Assembly (NCBI RefSeq): GCF_028641065.1 | Contig: NC_073379.1 | Location: forward strand, 56,978,001 to 57,042,000 | DNA: 64,000 nucleotides | Reading direction: 5' to 3' | Source: Leucoraja erinacea | Lineage: Eukaryota | Part shown: positions 12,829 to 25,020 of the stretch, piece by piece | Layout of the letters: each line of letters starts with the position of its first letter | Numbering within the stretch: position 1 is the stretch's first letter | The notes under the pieces: model-generated | What the model was told of the DNA's origin: nothing | Databases searched by the model: none | The model's input: the letters and a program-made list of their open reading frames with translations, nothing else | Translations under genes and position numbers: made by a program

Positions 12829-14242
12829 TGCCTCACTGTGGATCTTGGACATTTTCTCTGGAATTGTAACACTATAATTTGTGACACTATATTCTGCACT
12901 TTGTATTTTTCTCTTTGCACTATCAATTGTATTTGTGAATGGCCTGATTGTTTTCTGTACAGTTTGATTTTGGATGGATGGCACACAAACAGACCTTTTC
13001 ACTGTGTCTCAGTACATATGACAATAATAAACCAATACCAGTAAAATACTGATGTGATCTGACCCATTTTTGAATCTACAATGGGGCAGTTGACATGGGG
13101 GATGATACGTTCCTCATTGTTACTGACTCTTACCCTTAACCTTCTTTTGGCATTGATTGTTACGAGGCTGAAATTTCTGACTGTGTTTACTTGCAGTAAA
13201 TGGAATATCTTTCCGTATCCTTTCAGGCTGAGTAACCACTTTAAAGAATGGATGCGTCAGGATGTTAAGAATGGGAATTATATCGGACTTGAAAAGGAAT
13301 ATTACACCTTTGCTAGGCCTCATGTATCTCTTGACAGTTTCCAAAATAGACACAGCAAAGAGCAGGGAGCAGAGTGACTTGCCTGTCCATCCTCAAATGG
13401 CTTACACTGCAGGCTTATGATCTTTCACTGGAACCTTCTCAACTAGAACCAGAGTTCAAGGAAGTGTCAGGAAAAATGCCTGCAACTTTCAGCTTGAATT
13501 TAATTTGTGTCAGAGATAATGGACCAATGTACTAACAAGACATTGATGAGCAATGGGACCACCTTCTTATTAACTAGTGAGATTAAAGGGCTTTGAAATC
13601 AAAAATAAAACCTGTGATTTGCATTCACGTGTCCAATGCATGAATGTATAATAGAACCTGGAACGGTGGAGTGGGCAACTTATGCCTGGATGCCATATCT
13701 GGGATTTTCATTCTCGCTGGTGTGGTTTGCACCTTTCATCTGCTACAGCACACAGTGCCTTTGTTCTGTACTTCTGTGTGGCTAAAGGAAGTCTCTGCAA
13801 ACAGGCACCAGGCTCGTGCTGGGAACAACTTCTAATCAAGAAATGTTTTAAATCTAGTTTCAAATAAATACCCTTTGAAGATACTGACAAAGCCTAGCTT
13901 TAAGGCCAATCAGAGAATGAATTGGAAAAAAAGGATAGAAAATGACTGCAGTTCCAGCATGTGAAAATACTGGTGCATTATGTTTCATAATAATCAGAGG
14001 GATTAACTGATTAAAGCACTCGAGTGCTGGTTTTAAAAAAATCAATTTTTCATCGGAAGTCTCCACCCTGCCAATATATTTTGCTCATTCCTATTTCCCC
14101 TTGAGATTGCAGTGGTGAACTATCTTCTTGAACTGCTGCAGTCTGCACAAACTCCCCAAATACTGCTGGTAGCAGGATAAAGAATGACTCAGCTAGAATG
14201 AAAGACCAACAGTAGGCTTCCTGCTCACTAAAACTATAGGTG

Positions 14243-14418
14243 NNNNNNNNNNNNNNNNNNNNNNNNNNNNNNNNNNNNNNNNNNNNNNNNNNNNNNNNNN
14301 NNNNNNNNNNNNNNNNNNNNNNNNNNNNNNNNNNNNNNNNNNNNNNNNNNNNNNNNNNNNNNNNNNNNNNNNNNNNNNNNNNNNNNNNNNNNNNNNNNNN
14401 NNNNNNNNNNNNNNNNNN
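14243..14418. other. Assembly gap (176 N)
   Basis: Run of N. SLC24A2 exons are collinear on both sides. Confidence 0.99.
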
Positions 14419-15058
14419 AACATTCAAATAAAGCTTTATGATCACACTGAGTCAAAGGCTCCAGATAGAAAATCATTTGAAAACTTTAAAAGGTAAAAAG
14501 ACACATCCTTGGGAAACATGGATGTTAGCAACAATGAAGAAATTAATATGTATTTATTTATGTTTTAAATGGTGAGCTTCCACATCTAACAGAATGTAGG
14601 AGCAGGTTGGATTGGTGTAATTATCTCTCTGGTTCATAAGCAAGTAAAATAATTTGTTGATGCTGGAAACATGAAATAAAAGTATTAACTTCCAGAATAC
14701 TAAACAAATCAGTGAGCATCCAGAGAAAGAGGGAGGAAAGGTTTACATTTCAGGCAAACCATATTGCTAAAACAAAATACATTACTGCACAATATACATT
14801 TTTTGAGTTAAATCCAAATCTCGTAGCAGTAAAATCTGTACTTCATATTGGGCCATATTGCAGCACTTTGAAGGGCATTAGCTTATCTAAATACACCAGC
14901 AAATGACAACTGTGGATTAATAAAACAACATTGATTTTACATTTGCATTCTGCTTTAGTAGAGCTGAAAAGGACTGAAAACAAACGTTGTATTAATTTCA
15001 GTTTTTGTCATACATTTTGTAACAGAATTGCAACAGCTCTTGGTTTGGATAGCCTTAC

Positions 15059-15157
15059 CTGTGTGATTATGAGTGCTATTGGATTTCTCACCGTCATCTA
15101 CATTACATTTGTTTTTGGCCAGTTTGTGAAGTATTGAAGCTCTGTGACGAAATTTAC
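15059..15157 (-). CDS. SLC24A2: SLC24A2 99-nt exon (phase 1 to 1): (G)KFRHRASILHKLAKNKCNVDDGEKSNSTHNHT
   Basis: Acceptor ctctctttgttgcag|GT, donor CAG|gtaagg. Homologous to human GRFREKASILHKIAKKKCHVDENE. Order and phase fit the flanking exons. Confidence 0.95.
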
Positions 15158-15991
15158 CTGCAACAAAGAGAGGGATGAGTGTTACTTTTGCTTCGTGTTT
15201 GAAAATTCACCGCAGTGGAGTGAGCCATGAATATCTCCATTTCTAATCATCCCTCCACATTTTGTACAACTGGAGACATTTTACGACATTTTAACATACC
15301 CACAGAGACAGGAGCAGAGAGTAGTTAAAACAGGACAGCTTCAATTTCCAATCCTAATTTTCCAATTGAACACAGTGGATTTATTTGCATGCTGTCAGGA
15401 CCTGGTATTAAATGCAAAATTGTGTCTTATTCATACAAAGGATCCTGATTTCCCTCCTCTCACTCTGAAATGGATAGCCTCCACACTCCCCATTTCCATA
15501 ACCACAAGGCCCTTACAAAAGCATCCCCCAGCCAACTCCCAAGCAAGGGCTTGCAATTTACAGATACCACAGGTAGAATCTGCTGCTCTGATGTCACATC
15601 CCTGCTGTCTACCACAGTTCTCACTGTTATCTGCCCAAAATGGGCAAACAGATGTCTGCCAAATAGGGCCAGCAGTTAAAATCTGCCAGTTCAGTCCTGC
15701 TGGTTTCCTGCCAGATGCAAGAATATTGTTCATTGTTAAAAACAATTATATCCCTGGAACAATACTGATTTTAATGAATAATCCAAAGAACTGATGACAT
15801 TGTAGTGCATTAGGAATAAATCAAAATAATTGGCCTTAATAATAAAAAAAACATTTTGGATTGCACAGACATAATTTCCAAATCACTTGTAATATTTTAA
15901 ATATTTACGCATTACTGTGGAATTGACGCATACAAATGATGAGTTTGAAGGCATGAATGATGAAAGACAATTTACTTCATTTACATGGATG

Positions 15992-16253
15992 AAATAGGGG
16001 TAACATGAGGGGGAACTTCTTTACTCAGAGAGTGGTAGCGGTGTGGAATGAGCTTCCAGCGGCAGTGGTGTCGGCAGGTTCGTTGGTATCATTTAAAAAT
16101 AAATTGGATAGGCATATGGATGAGAAGGGAATGGAGGGTTATGGTATGAGTGCAGGCAGGTGGAACTAAGGGAAAAAAGTTGTTCGGCATGGACTTGTAG
16201 GGCCGAGATGGCCTGTTTCCATGCTGTAATTGTTATATGGTTATATGGTTATA
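15992..16253 (+). mobile_element. CR1 3' fragment, (ATGGTTAT)n tail
   Basis: Near-identical to 9300-9560. Confidence 0.9.
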
Positions 16254-16469
16254 TGATCCCCTAGAACTTACCATTATTTCTATATTTGTTATTGAGTTTT
16301 CAAAGGTTAAATCATGTTGAACGAACGATGTTTACAAAATATTACATTCCCACCCACCCTGTTGCTGAGAGGGGGTTCCAACTTGATGTCAAAGGGCTAA
16401 TATCAGTTGCAGTCATAAAATAAATTCACCAGTTTCTCACTGGCATTCAAGAATAAATGCCAGGGAGTT

Positions 16470-16820
16470 TACATAGAAACATAGAGAATAGGTGCAGGAG
16501 GAGGCCATTTGGTCCTTCGAGCCAGCACCGCCATTCATTGTGATCATGGCTGATCATCCACAATCAGTAGCCCGTGCCTGCCTTCTCCCCATACCCCTTG
16601 ATTCTGCTTGTCCCAAGAGCTCTATCTAACTCTCTTTTAAATTCATCCAGTGAATTGGCCTCCAATGACTTCCGTGGCAGCGAATTCCACAAATTCACAA
16701 CACTCTGGGTGAAAAAGTTTTTTCTCATCTTAGTTTTAAATGGCCTCCCATTTATTCATAGATTGTGGCCCCTAGTTCTGGGCTCCCCCAACATTGGGAA
16801 CATTTTTCCTGCATCTAGTT
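16470..16820 (-). mobile_element. CR1 3' fragment, (TTTCTATG)n tail
   Basis: Matches 26203-26560 and the reverse complement of 43810-44062. Confidence 0.9.
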
Positions 16821-17481
16821 TTTAAGGTCTACTTAACATTTAAACAGGGCTGCAGCCATTTGTAATTCTGCCTTGTTAGCTGATAAGTTTGAGGAAAGGA
16901 CAAATCATTCTTGAGATCAAAGGATAGTGTTCCACAACAGTTGGGACAGGTTTGAATTGCCCGCAGCAGTCTTACCCCAGGGTTGTCGGCCTGTCAAACC
17001 TCATTCCAAGACAAGTGTATCACATGGCCCTTAGTTCATGCTGAGAGAATGCAATTTTTCAGCTTCATATAGTGCACAAGATTACATAGAACCTTTTGAA
17101 GGAAGAAATTATCTTAATATGTTAAGAAACAGTTTTGCTTCAAGAACATTTGATGCCATGCATCCTTTGTCTGCAATGTGGCCTTGCTGTGTATTTTCCT
17201 TCATAATGCAGACTGTAAAAGCAATTCTCCTTAAATTTTAGCTGCAGTTGTAAAAGGACCAAAGATACAGGTATGGGGACATGCATGGATGCCCTTTAAC
17301 ATTCCTGTGGGATGTACACAGAAACAATGCAACATAGGGAATGATATTAACATGATCAAACCTCCAAACAGAAATCATGTCATGGTTAGATATAGAGCTC
17401 CAGGTGCTGCTCTGTGCCATTTCTGCTTTGATCCTTTTGTTCACAATAAAACCCTGACCACCATTGTGAACAATACCATTG

Positions 17482-17703
17482 GAGATACAAGGAACAGTAG
17501 ATGCTGGTTTACAAAACAAGACACAAAGTGCTGGAGTAACTCAGCAGGTCAGGCAGCATCTCTGGAGAGCATGGATAGGTGACATTTCAGGTCAGGACTC
17601 ATCTCCAGATCAAGAAGGGTCCTGACTCGAAACATCATCTATCATGCTCTCCAGAGATGCTGCCTGACTTATTGAGTTACTATAGCACACTGTGTATATT
17701 ATT
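17482..17703. mobile_element. Fold-back PLE pLTR insertion
   Basis: Inverted arms at about 17521-17598 and 17619-17695. Decayed 11-bp flank repeat caataccattg / cagtgccattg. Confidence 0.82.
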
Positions 17704-18950
17704 CAGTGCCATTGCACCTCAATGATCTCAAAGAGGAAAGACAATGACAAGTCGGGGAATATGATGACTCTTACACTAATACTTGTCCAGAAGCTAGCAT
17801 AGTCCACAAATTTACCTTCCAAGAGACCAATATCCATATCAGGGCCTACTCGTGTTATGCATTAACTATACATCACCAAGGATGACCCTGAAGTACTGCA
17901 TTCAATGAAAAAAATGTGTGCCGTTGCAATTATACATTGAATAACCACAGATAAATTAATTACAAGTGAACTTCAAAACCACTTCAGCCTCAACAACTCT
18001 GTTATATTGTTCCTTTCTGAATTGCAAATCCAAATTTATCTTTTATGCCTTTTCACTGCTGCTTAGGTTTCCTTCTAGTGTTTTTACCTTAGGCTTTGAG
18101 TATGAATGAGTATTTCTTTCCCACAAACTAGTGCCAACTATTGGCATTCATAATGACAAGCTATCTTTTCTTTTCAGCAGAGCAGTTCAATTAAACCCGA
18201 ACCGTCTATTTCTCTGTCAGCTGCTAATTAAAACCAGCCACACTTGGAGCAATTACATATTGCCGTGAGTAACACATTTTGCTCGTTTTGCCACTGTGTA
18301 CTGATTTAATTGCTGTTTCACTTCTTTGCTGGCAGGAGTCCATGGAGAAGCTTGGCAAGAAGTGAACAAATATGAGAACTGACTTGTGCCAAATGTCATA
18401 CATTTATAGCCACACCAAGCAGTTGTTCAGTATTGAAATCATGGGGAAATATTTGCATGTTAACTTTAGTAAACAATAAGTCTAATTTTATCTCATTATT
18501 TATAATAAATACTCTCCTATGTTGCTGTTACATATTATGCTATATGTCATGAAGTATTCCATAATTATATTGTAATCAATTAGAATGACAATGCATTTCG
18601 TTGTCTCTGTACTGTACACTGACAATGACAATTAAAATTGAATCTGAATCTGAATTCATTCTGCATTGGTTATGTTATTATTACCATAAAAATCCAATAA
18701 AATCAAATTTAATCAGATGAAGCCATTTTTGTACTCAGATTCCTGACACCCCTCAACCTTTAAATTTTGTTTACTCAGATTTACTGCTTCACCAGATTTT
18801 TCTTTTCAGCCATTTATTCAGCCTAACTTTCCATCAAGAAAGGATATTTTGTGTTATTTTGGTCATAAGATATAAGATTATGGTTAATAAAGATGAGAGA
18901 GAAACTTTCCTTGTTTCAGTTGTTTTTAAATGAGCAAAGAAACATCATTA

Positions 18951-19083
18951 GTGTGTAGGAAGGAACTGCAGATGCTGGTTTAAACTGAAGATAGACGCAA
19001 AATGCTGGCATAACTCAGCGGGACAGGGAGCATCTCTGGAGAGAATGAATGGGTGACATTTTGGGTCAAGACCCTTCTTCAGA
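18951..19083 (-). mobile_element. PLE pLTR fragment with mutated hammerhead core
   Basis: gtgtaggaaggaactgcagatgctgg...gacccttcttcaga. The GAAACGTC box is changed to CAAAATGTC. Confidence 0.82.
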
Positions 19084-19179
19084 AAACAGTCTATCTGTTT
19101 AAACATCACCAGTCTTGTGGCCAAGTGCTCTGGAAGACTTTGCTGCATTGCACTTATAGTGGCAGATTTTCATATCTTT

Positions 19180-19870
19180 CAGGTCCGAAGTAGAGGTGGT
19201 TGAAAACATCAAGTTTCTAGGAGTAAATATCACTCGCAATTTGTCCTGGACTAACCATATCAAAGCAATGGCCAAAAAAGTACACCACACCTCTACTTCC
19301 TCAGAAGGCTTAGGAAGTTTAGCATGTCCCCAACATGTCTCACTAATTTCACCAGATTCACCGTAGAAATAATTTTATCAGAATGCATCACAGCATGATT
19401 TGGGAACAGCTCCATCTAAGATCACAAGAAATTGCAGAGAATTGTGGACGCAGCCCAGACCATCACCAGCACACCATCCTCCCTTCTGTTAACTCCATTT
19501 ATACCTCACCCTGCTTCAACAAGGCCATCAGCATAATCAAGGATGAGTCTCACCCTGGACACTCCCTCTTCTCATGGGAAAATGCATTCCTCCAGAATCA
19601 GTCACAGTTTCTTCCCAGCTGTTATCAGGCAACAGAACTATCCTACCACCAACAAGACAGCGGTCCTGAGCTACCACTTACCCCTCGGATTATCTTTAAT
19701 TGCTCTTTATTGGACTTTATTTTGCACTAAACATTATTCCCATGATCCTGTATCTGTACACTGTGGATGGGTTGATTATAGTCATACAGTCATTACGCTG
19801 ACTGGATTGCACATGGCAAAAAAGCTTTTCACTACACCTTGGTACACATGACAATAAACTATACTAAATG
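19180..19870 (+). mobile_element. Rex1/Babar LINE 3' fragment
   Basis: KFLGVNIT...LYFLRRLRKF and SIIKDESHPGHSLF motifs. Confidence 0.8.
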
Positions 19871-19883
19871 TAGACAATATGAT

Positions 19884-19984
19884 GAAGATAGACACAAAAT
19901 GCTGGAGTAACTCAGCAGGACAGGCAGCAGCATCTCTGGATAGAAGGAATGGATGACATTTCAGGTTGAGACCTTCCTTCAGAC
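19884..19984 (-). mobile_element. PLE pLTR fragment
   Basis: Same pLTR sequence as 18951-19083; hammerhead core degraded. Confidence 0.78.
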
Positions 19985-20617
19985 ACTGGGTGAGTCAGTA
20001 GGAATAGCAGGGAGTTTACTTTGTTTCCTCTCATTGCTGCGCTCTTTTTCAGATCCGTGTGTTTGGTGTCTTTTGGTACTTCCCTTACAAATGGAATGAA
20101 AGATTCCTTTACTTGCTGCTTTGAGGAGACTAATATTACAGCAGATATTTGAGCTTTTATGGCACAGGAGATCTCTAACAAGCATGCGGTGGTCAATAAA
20201 GAACTACTCCACCTAGTGACCATTTCCAGGTCATGGCTCTTCAGGAACACATCCAAGTAAATTTGCCATGGGTTTCTGCTTCTATCAACCATTCATGTAG
20301 CGAATCCCTGCCTGATCATTGCCACCCTTCGATAAAATTCTATCAATTAATTTTAAATCAATGCTCACTGTCACTTGTTGCTCTGCTAAGGGATACAAAT
20401 TATTTTTATTTTATTCACCTCAATTACCTTCTCCCTCAGCTGTCTCTTTTCCAAAGAGAACAATCATAATGTATTAAATCGTTTCTTCCTATGCTTTTAT
20501 CACCCTGGCAACATTCTTGTACATCTGTGCAAACTCCAGTACAAACATGTCTTTTGTTTAATAAGGTGACCAGAACTGTACATTGTTTATGATAGTTACG
20601 AATTAGTTACTGTAGTT

Positions 20618-20712
20618 AAGAAGGACCCAAAACGACCCAAAACGTCAACCATCCTTTTTCTTTAGAGATGCTGCCTGACCCATTGAGTTACTCCAGCACT
20701 TTGTGTCTATAT
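20618..20712 (+). mobile_element. PLE pLTR fragment
   Basis: gacccaaaacgtc...gatgctgcctgacccattgagttactccagcactttgtgtcta. Confidence 0.72.
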
Positions 20713-21041
20713 TCCGTATGTACCTGTAGTTTATCAAGTTTTCAATTGCTGATCATTTTTAAACATATGTTCCAGGAATATCTTCAGAGCCAAAGTAGAA
20801 ACCATCACTCAACTATGCACTTTGTGGACAGTCTATGGCTGCCTGTGGAACACTCATAACTAAAGATGGAAAATATAAATCACAAACTGAGGGCTGTGGA
20901 AAATACTTGAAAGAAACTAAAGGAATTGCAAACGTTGCCACAATAAACCAACCATAATCTGGTAGAAAAAAATTACAACATTTGAAAAGTTCAGGGAATA
21001 CATTGAAATAACTCAAGAAAATCCAAGTTCTATTTACACTC

Positions 21042-21139
21042 TGGGTATGAAGATAGGTCTCGACCTGAAACGCCACCCATTCCTTCTCTCCAGGGATGCT
21101 GCCTATCCCGCTGAGTTACTCCAGCATTTTGTGTCTACC
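21042..21139 (+). mobile_element. 98-bp PLE mini-insertion with 14-bp TSD
   Basis: TTCTATTTACACTC at 21028-21041 and 21140-21153; decayed hammerhead core at the 5' end. Confidence 0.88.
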
Positions 21140-21849
21140 TTCTATTTACACTCAGCAATTAACAAGGCATGGAACAGACTGCCACCATCAAAGTGAGTGC
21201 TGAATGACCGAAGGATTTAAATAAAAACCTGCAGGAGTGACATCTGATTCATCCATGATTAAAAAGGTTCAAGCTTGAAACAAAAACAATAGGAGACAAT
21301 TATGACTGACTGACATCAGGACAAGCTCAGTGGGCTGATTATCCTATTATTCTTAATGCTGATATATTAAATAATAAATGATCTCCTTACATTATTTTTC
21401 ACTGTAAAAATATATATATATTTGGTCACAGAGAGGATTAATGGAAAGATCCATTCCCGAGAACAACCAAATTAATTTTAATATTTTCCTGCATGATGAA
21501 CATTGAGTGGAAATTTACCAGCCTCTAAAATTAGTTATTCCTTGGGGTACAAAGTAGATGGCAAAATGACATGCTAGTTTGTCAATTGCATCAATCACAA
21601 AATCATGCCCTGTTGCCTTAAAAAACCTCTTGTTTTGGAGACACAGTGCAGCTGCACTTTAATTTCACTTCACCGTACGTAGTTGTTCTTTCTCCGAGTG
21701 GTTCCTCAACAGGCTCTTAATTCCTTTTGCAACAAGTGGATTCAGCCCAGAAATGCCAGCAAGATATTGCCTTCCCATTTCTTAAACACCTTTCAATACT
21801 GAAAAAAGTGAGAAGGACAGATATTTTTCTTCCTGCAGTGTGATCAAGT

Positions 21850-22500
21850 TGCTTCATGGGTCGTCCATTGAGATTGACTATGTCTTATTTTGCTCAGGCT
21901 TTATGGATTCTGAAGCGACTGTGCAAACTTTTCCACACAGGTGTCCTTACGGTGGCGGGATGGTTGGGTAGTTTGTTAGGTTGTGTGCTCCTTCTTCCAT
22001 TTATGTATGGCTTCTGTATGCTCCCAATGCATGGACTTGGGGATTTCAATACCATCCAGAATGCTCTTTCAATACTTTGAGTGGTTCTGAGCCATGGATT
22101 TCCTAAAACCAGTGGGGATGTAACATTTTTTGTTCCAAGGAAACTTTGAGCACATCCTTGAATCTTGTCCTCCTCATGATGGAATTTGAAATTACATTTC
22201 TGAAACAATCATTCAGAACTCTGACAGCTGGTCCAGCAGTGTAGCCACTATGTTCCTGCATTGTCCCACACCACTGCTTCATGTCTTAATGGACTGGATG
22301 CTGGAACCATTGTCGAATGCAGAGACTTGGGAGAGTCTGCTGCATTTCTCTGGGCTTGGCAGAACCAAGAAAGCTGGAAGTTTCAAGCATGTGAATAACA
22401 GCTGGGCTGCAGGACGCTCTCTCCAAACCACCCTTCAGTGTTTCCTCTGCAGTGCACCGTGGAAGAACTGGACGCATGCCACAAACAAAAGCACTGACCT
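21850..22500 (-). mobile_element. Decayed RTE (BovB/Expander-like) LINE 3' part
   Basis: Minus strand has RFKDVLKVSL...KC.IPT...SMAQ, typical of an RTE ORF C-terminus. Confidence 0.6.
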
Positions 22501-22565
22501 CTGAACAACTATGCTGCAAAATGCTAAGGCACTATTGATGTTAAATGAGACAGATGGCCATTCAG

Positions 22566-22742
22566 TAGACAATAGACAATTGACAATAGATGCAGGAGTA
22601 GGCCATTCAGCACTTTGAGCCAGTAACGCCATTCAATGTGATCATGGCTGATCATCCCCAATCAGTACCCCGTTCCGGCCTCCTCCACATATCCCCTGAC
22701 TCCGTTATCTTTAAGAGCCCTATCTAGCTCTCTCTTGAAAGT
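22566..22742 (-). mobile_element. CR1 3' end, (CTATTGT)n tail
   Basis: Reverse complement of the 12647-12828 / 24860-25020 family. Confidence 0.88.
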
Positions 22743-23748
22743 AGGCAACCATGAATATTTTGCAAAGAAAGAGATAAAGCATACACCATGAAAGAGGTTG
22801 AACTGGGAAAGGGATCCTGGAGCCTTATTGGATTTAAATGCTCAAAATATCGAAGCATTGCACACCAGGCATTAGAAAAGCCAAAAGGACATCAGTCTCC
22901 ATTAACAAACTAAAAGACAGCACCTCTACCACAGTACCCATTTTTGACAGCTGCGAAACAACAGCTATTTAGTACCAAATGCAATACAAGAAAAGGTACA
23001 GTGCTAGTACTCAGTTTTGCAGTCCGGATTATTGGGAATAACGGAAAAACTAAGCAGGAATGGGAAGCAGAAGAAATTGGTGAGCATTTGCCCTTTAACT
23101 GAATGTTAAAACTTACTAATTAAATAGAAGGAAACGTCCACCCAGACCATGCCAGCTTTAGTTCTCCTCTAAATTTGCAAGGCTCAATGTTCAAGTAATA
23201 TATTTGTCAGGCTGAACGTTTAAGCAACATGTTGAATATGTTAATTAAGGAGTTAACATCCACTGGAGAGCCCTTCCTGAAATTGGGATGACCTAAGCAA
23301 GTTGGCAGGGGGCAGGAAGTGTTGCGAACTGGCTCCATGGCAGGTCTGAAGACCTTTAGATGTCTGCAGTGCTCACAGCAAATGAGGTCCACCAGGGAAC
23401 TATTGCCAGCAGCAGATCTTCATAATGTGATGATGATAGGCATCAGCGAGATGGGTATTGAGGGGCTACTGGGGATCAGCATGAGTAAAGGATGGTTTCT
23501 ACTCAGCAGGGCATGAGAACCCGTGAGAGCAACACATGTCCTCTTTCATCTTTTTGATAACTGTATGCTATCAATTCAGCAGATGGATTTGATTGTGGTT
23601 CTAACATCAAAATTAACCCACGGAAATGATTAAAGTTTAATTTCTAATGGGTTGCGAATGGAAATTAATTTCAATTTTGTTGTAGGTAGACAAAAATGTT
23701 GGAGAAACTCAGCGGGTGAGGCAGAATCTAAGGAGCAAAGGAATAGGC

Positions 23749-23776
23749 GACGTTTCGGGTCGAGACCCTTCTTCAG
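23749..23776 (-). ncRNA. Minimal type I hammerhead ribozyme core (GUC site), sense to the pre-mRNA
   Basis: CUGAAGA-A-GGGU[CUCG]ACCC-GAAACGUC directly 3' of the GIY-YIG ORF. Confidence 0.8.
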
Positions 23777-24594
23777 ACTGATGTGGGTGGGGGGCGGGAA
23801 CAAGAAAGGAAAAGGCGGAGACAGTGGGCTGTGGGAGAGCTGGGAAGGCGAAGGGAAGGAGAGGAGAAAGCAAGGACTACCTGAAATTGGAGGTCAATGT
23901 TCATACCGCTGGGGTGTAAACTACCCAAGCAAAATATGAGGTGCTGCTCCTCCAATTTGCGGTGGGACTCACTCTGGCCATGGAGGAGGCCCAGGACAGA
24001 AAGGTCAGATTCGGAATGGGAGGGGGAGTTGAAGTGTTGAGCCACCAGGAGATCAGGTTGGTTAGTGCGAACTGAGCGAAGGTGTTGGGCGAAGCGATCA
24101 CCAAGCCTGCGCTTGGTCTCACCGATGTAGAGCAGTTGACACCTAGAATCGCAGATGCAATAGTTGAGGTTGGAGGAGGTGCAGGTGAACCTCTGCCTCA
24201 CCTGGAAAGACGGCTTGGGTCCTTGGATGGAGTCGAGGGGGGAGGTAAAGCGACAAATGTAGCATTTCCTGCAGTTGCAAGGAAAGGTACCAGGGGATGG
24301 GGGGGGTTTGGGTTGGAAGGGACAAATTGACCAGGGAGTTACGGAGGTAATGGAAGGGGAGAAGATGGGAAGATGTGGCCAGTGGTGGTATCCCGTTCGA
24401 GGTGGCGAAAATGTCAGAGGATTATATGTTGTATGTGACGGCTGGTAGGGTGGAAGTTGTGGACAAGGGTGACTCTGTCCTTGTTACAAGTGAGGGGGAT
24501 GGGGAGTGCGATCGGAGCTACGGGATATAGAGGAGACCTTGGTGAGATCTATAGTCCAAGAGGGGAACCCCCCGTTCGCTGATGAATGAGGACA

Positions 24595-25020
24595 AGAAAG
24601 AGAATGGAGCGGCTGGGCTTGTACACTCTGGAGATTAGAAGGATGAGAGGGGATCTTATTGAAACATATAAGATTGTTAAGGGTTTGGACACGCTGGAGG
24701 CAGGAAACATGTTCCCGATGTTGGGGGAGTCCAGAACCAGGGGCCACAGTTTAAAAATAAGGGGTAAGCCATTTAGAACGGAGACGAGGAAACACTTTTT
24801 CTCACAGAGAGTTGTGAGTGTGTGGAATTCTCTGCCTCAGAGGCAGGTTCTCTGGATGCATTCAAGAGAGAGCTGGATAGGGCTCTTAAAGATAGTGGTC
24901 AGGGGATATAGGGGAAAAGGCAGGAATGGGGTACTGATTGGGGATGATCAACCATGATCACATTGAATGATGGTGCTGGCTCGAAGGGCTGAATGGCCTG
25001 CACCTATTGTCTATTGTCTA
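24595..25020 (+). mobile_element. CR1 fragment nested in the PLE
   Basis: ORF 24586..24957. Removing it restores the PLE codons RASE-MSSF. Confidence 0.93.

Noticed and set aside
14050-14476. ORFs spanning X residues
   Set aside because: Artefacts of the N gap.
16970-17000. 15-nt in-frame AG..GT segment on the minus strand
   Set aside because: Weak acceptor context; consistent with chance.
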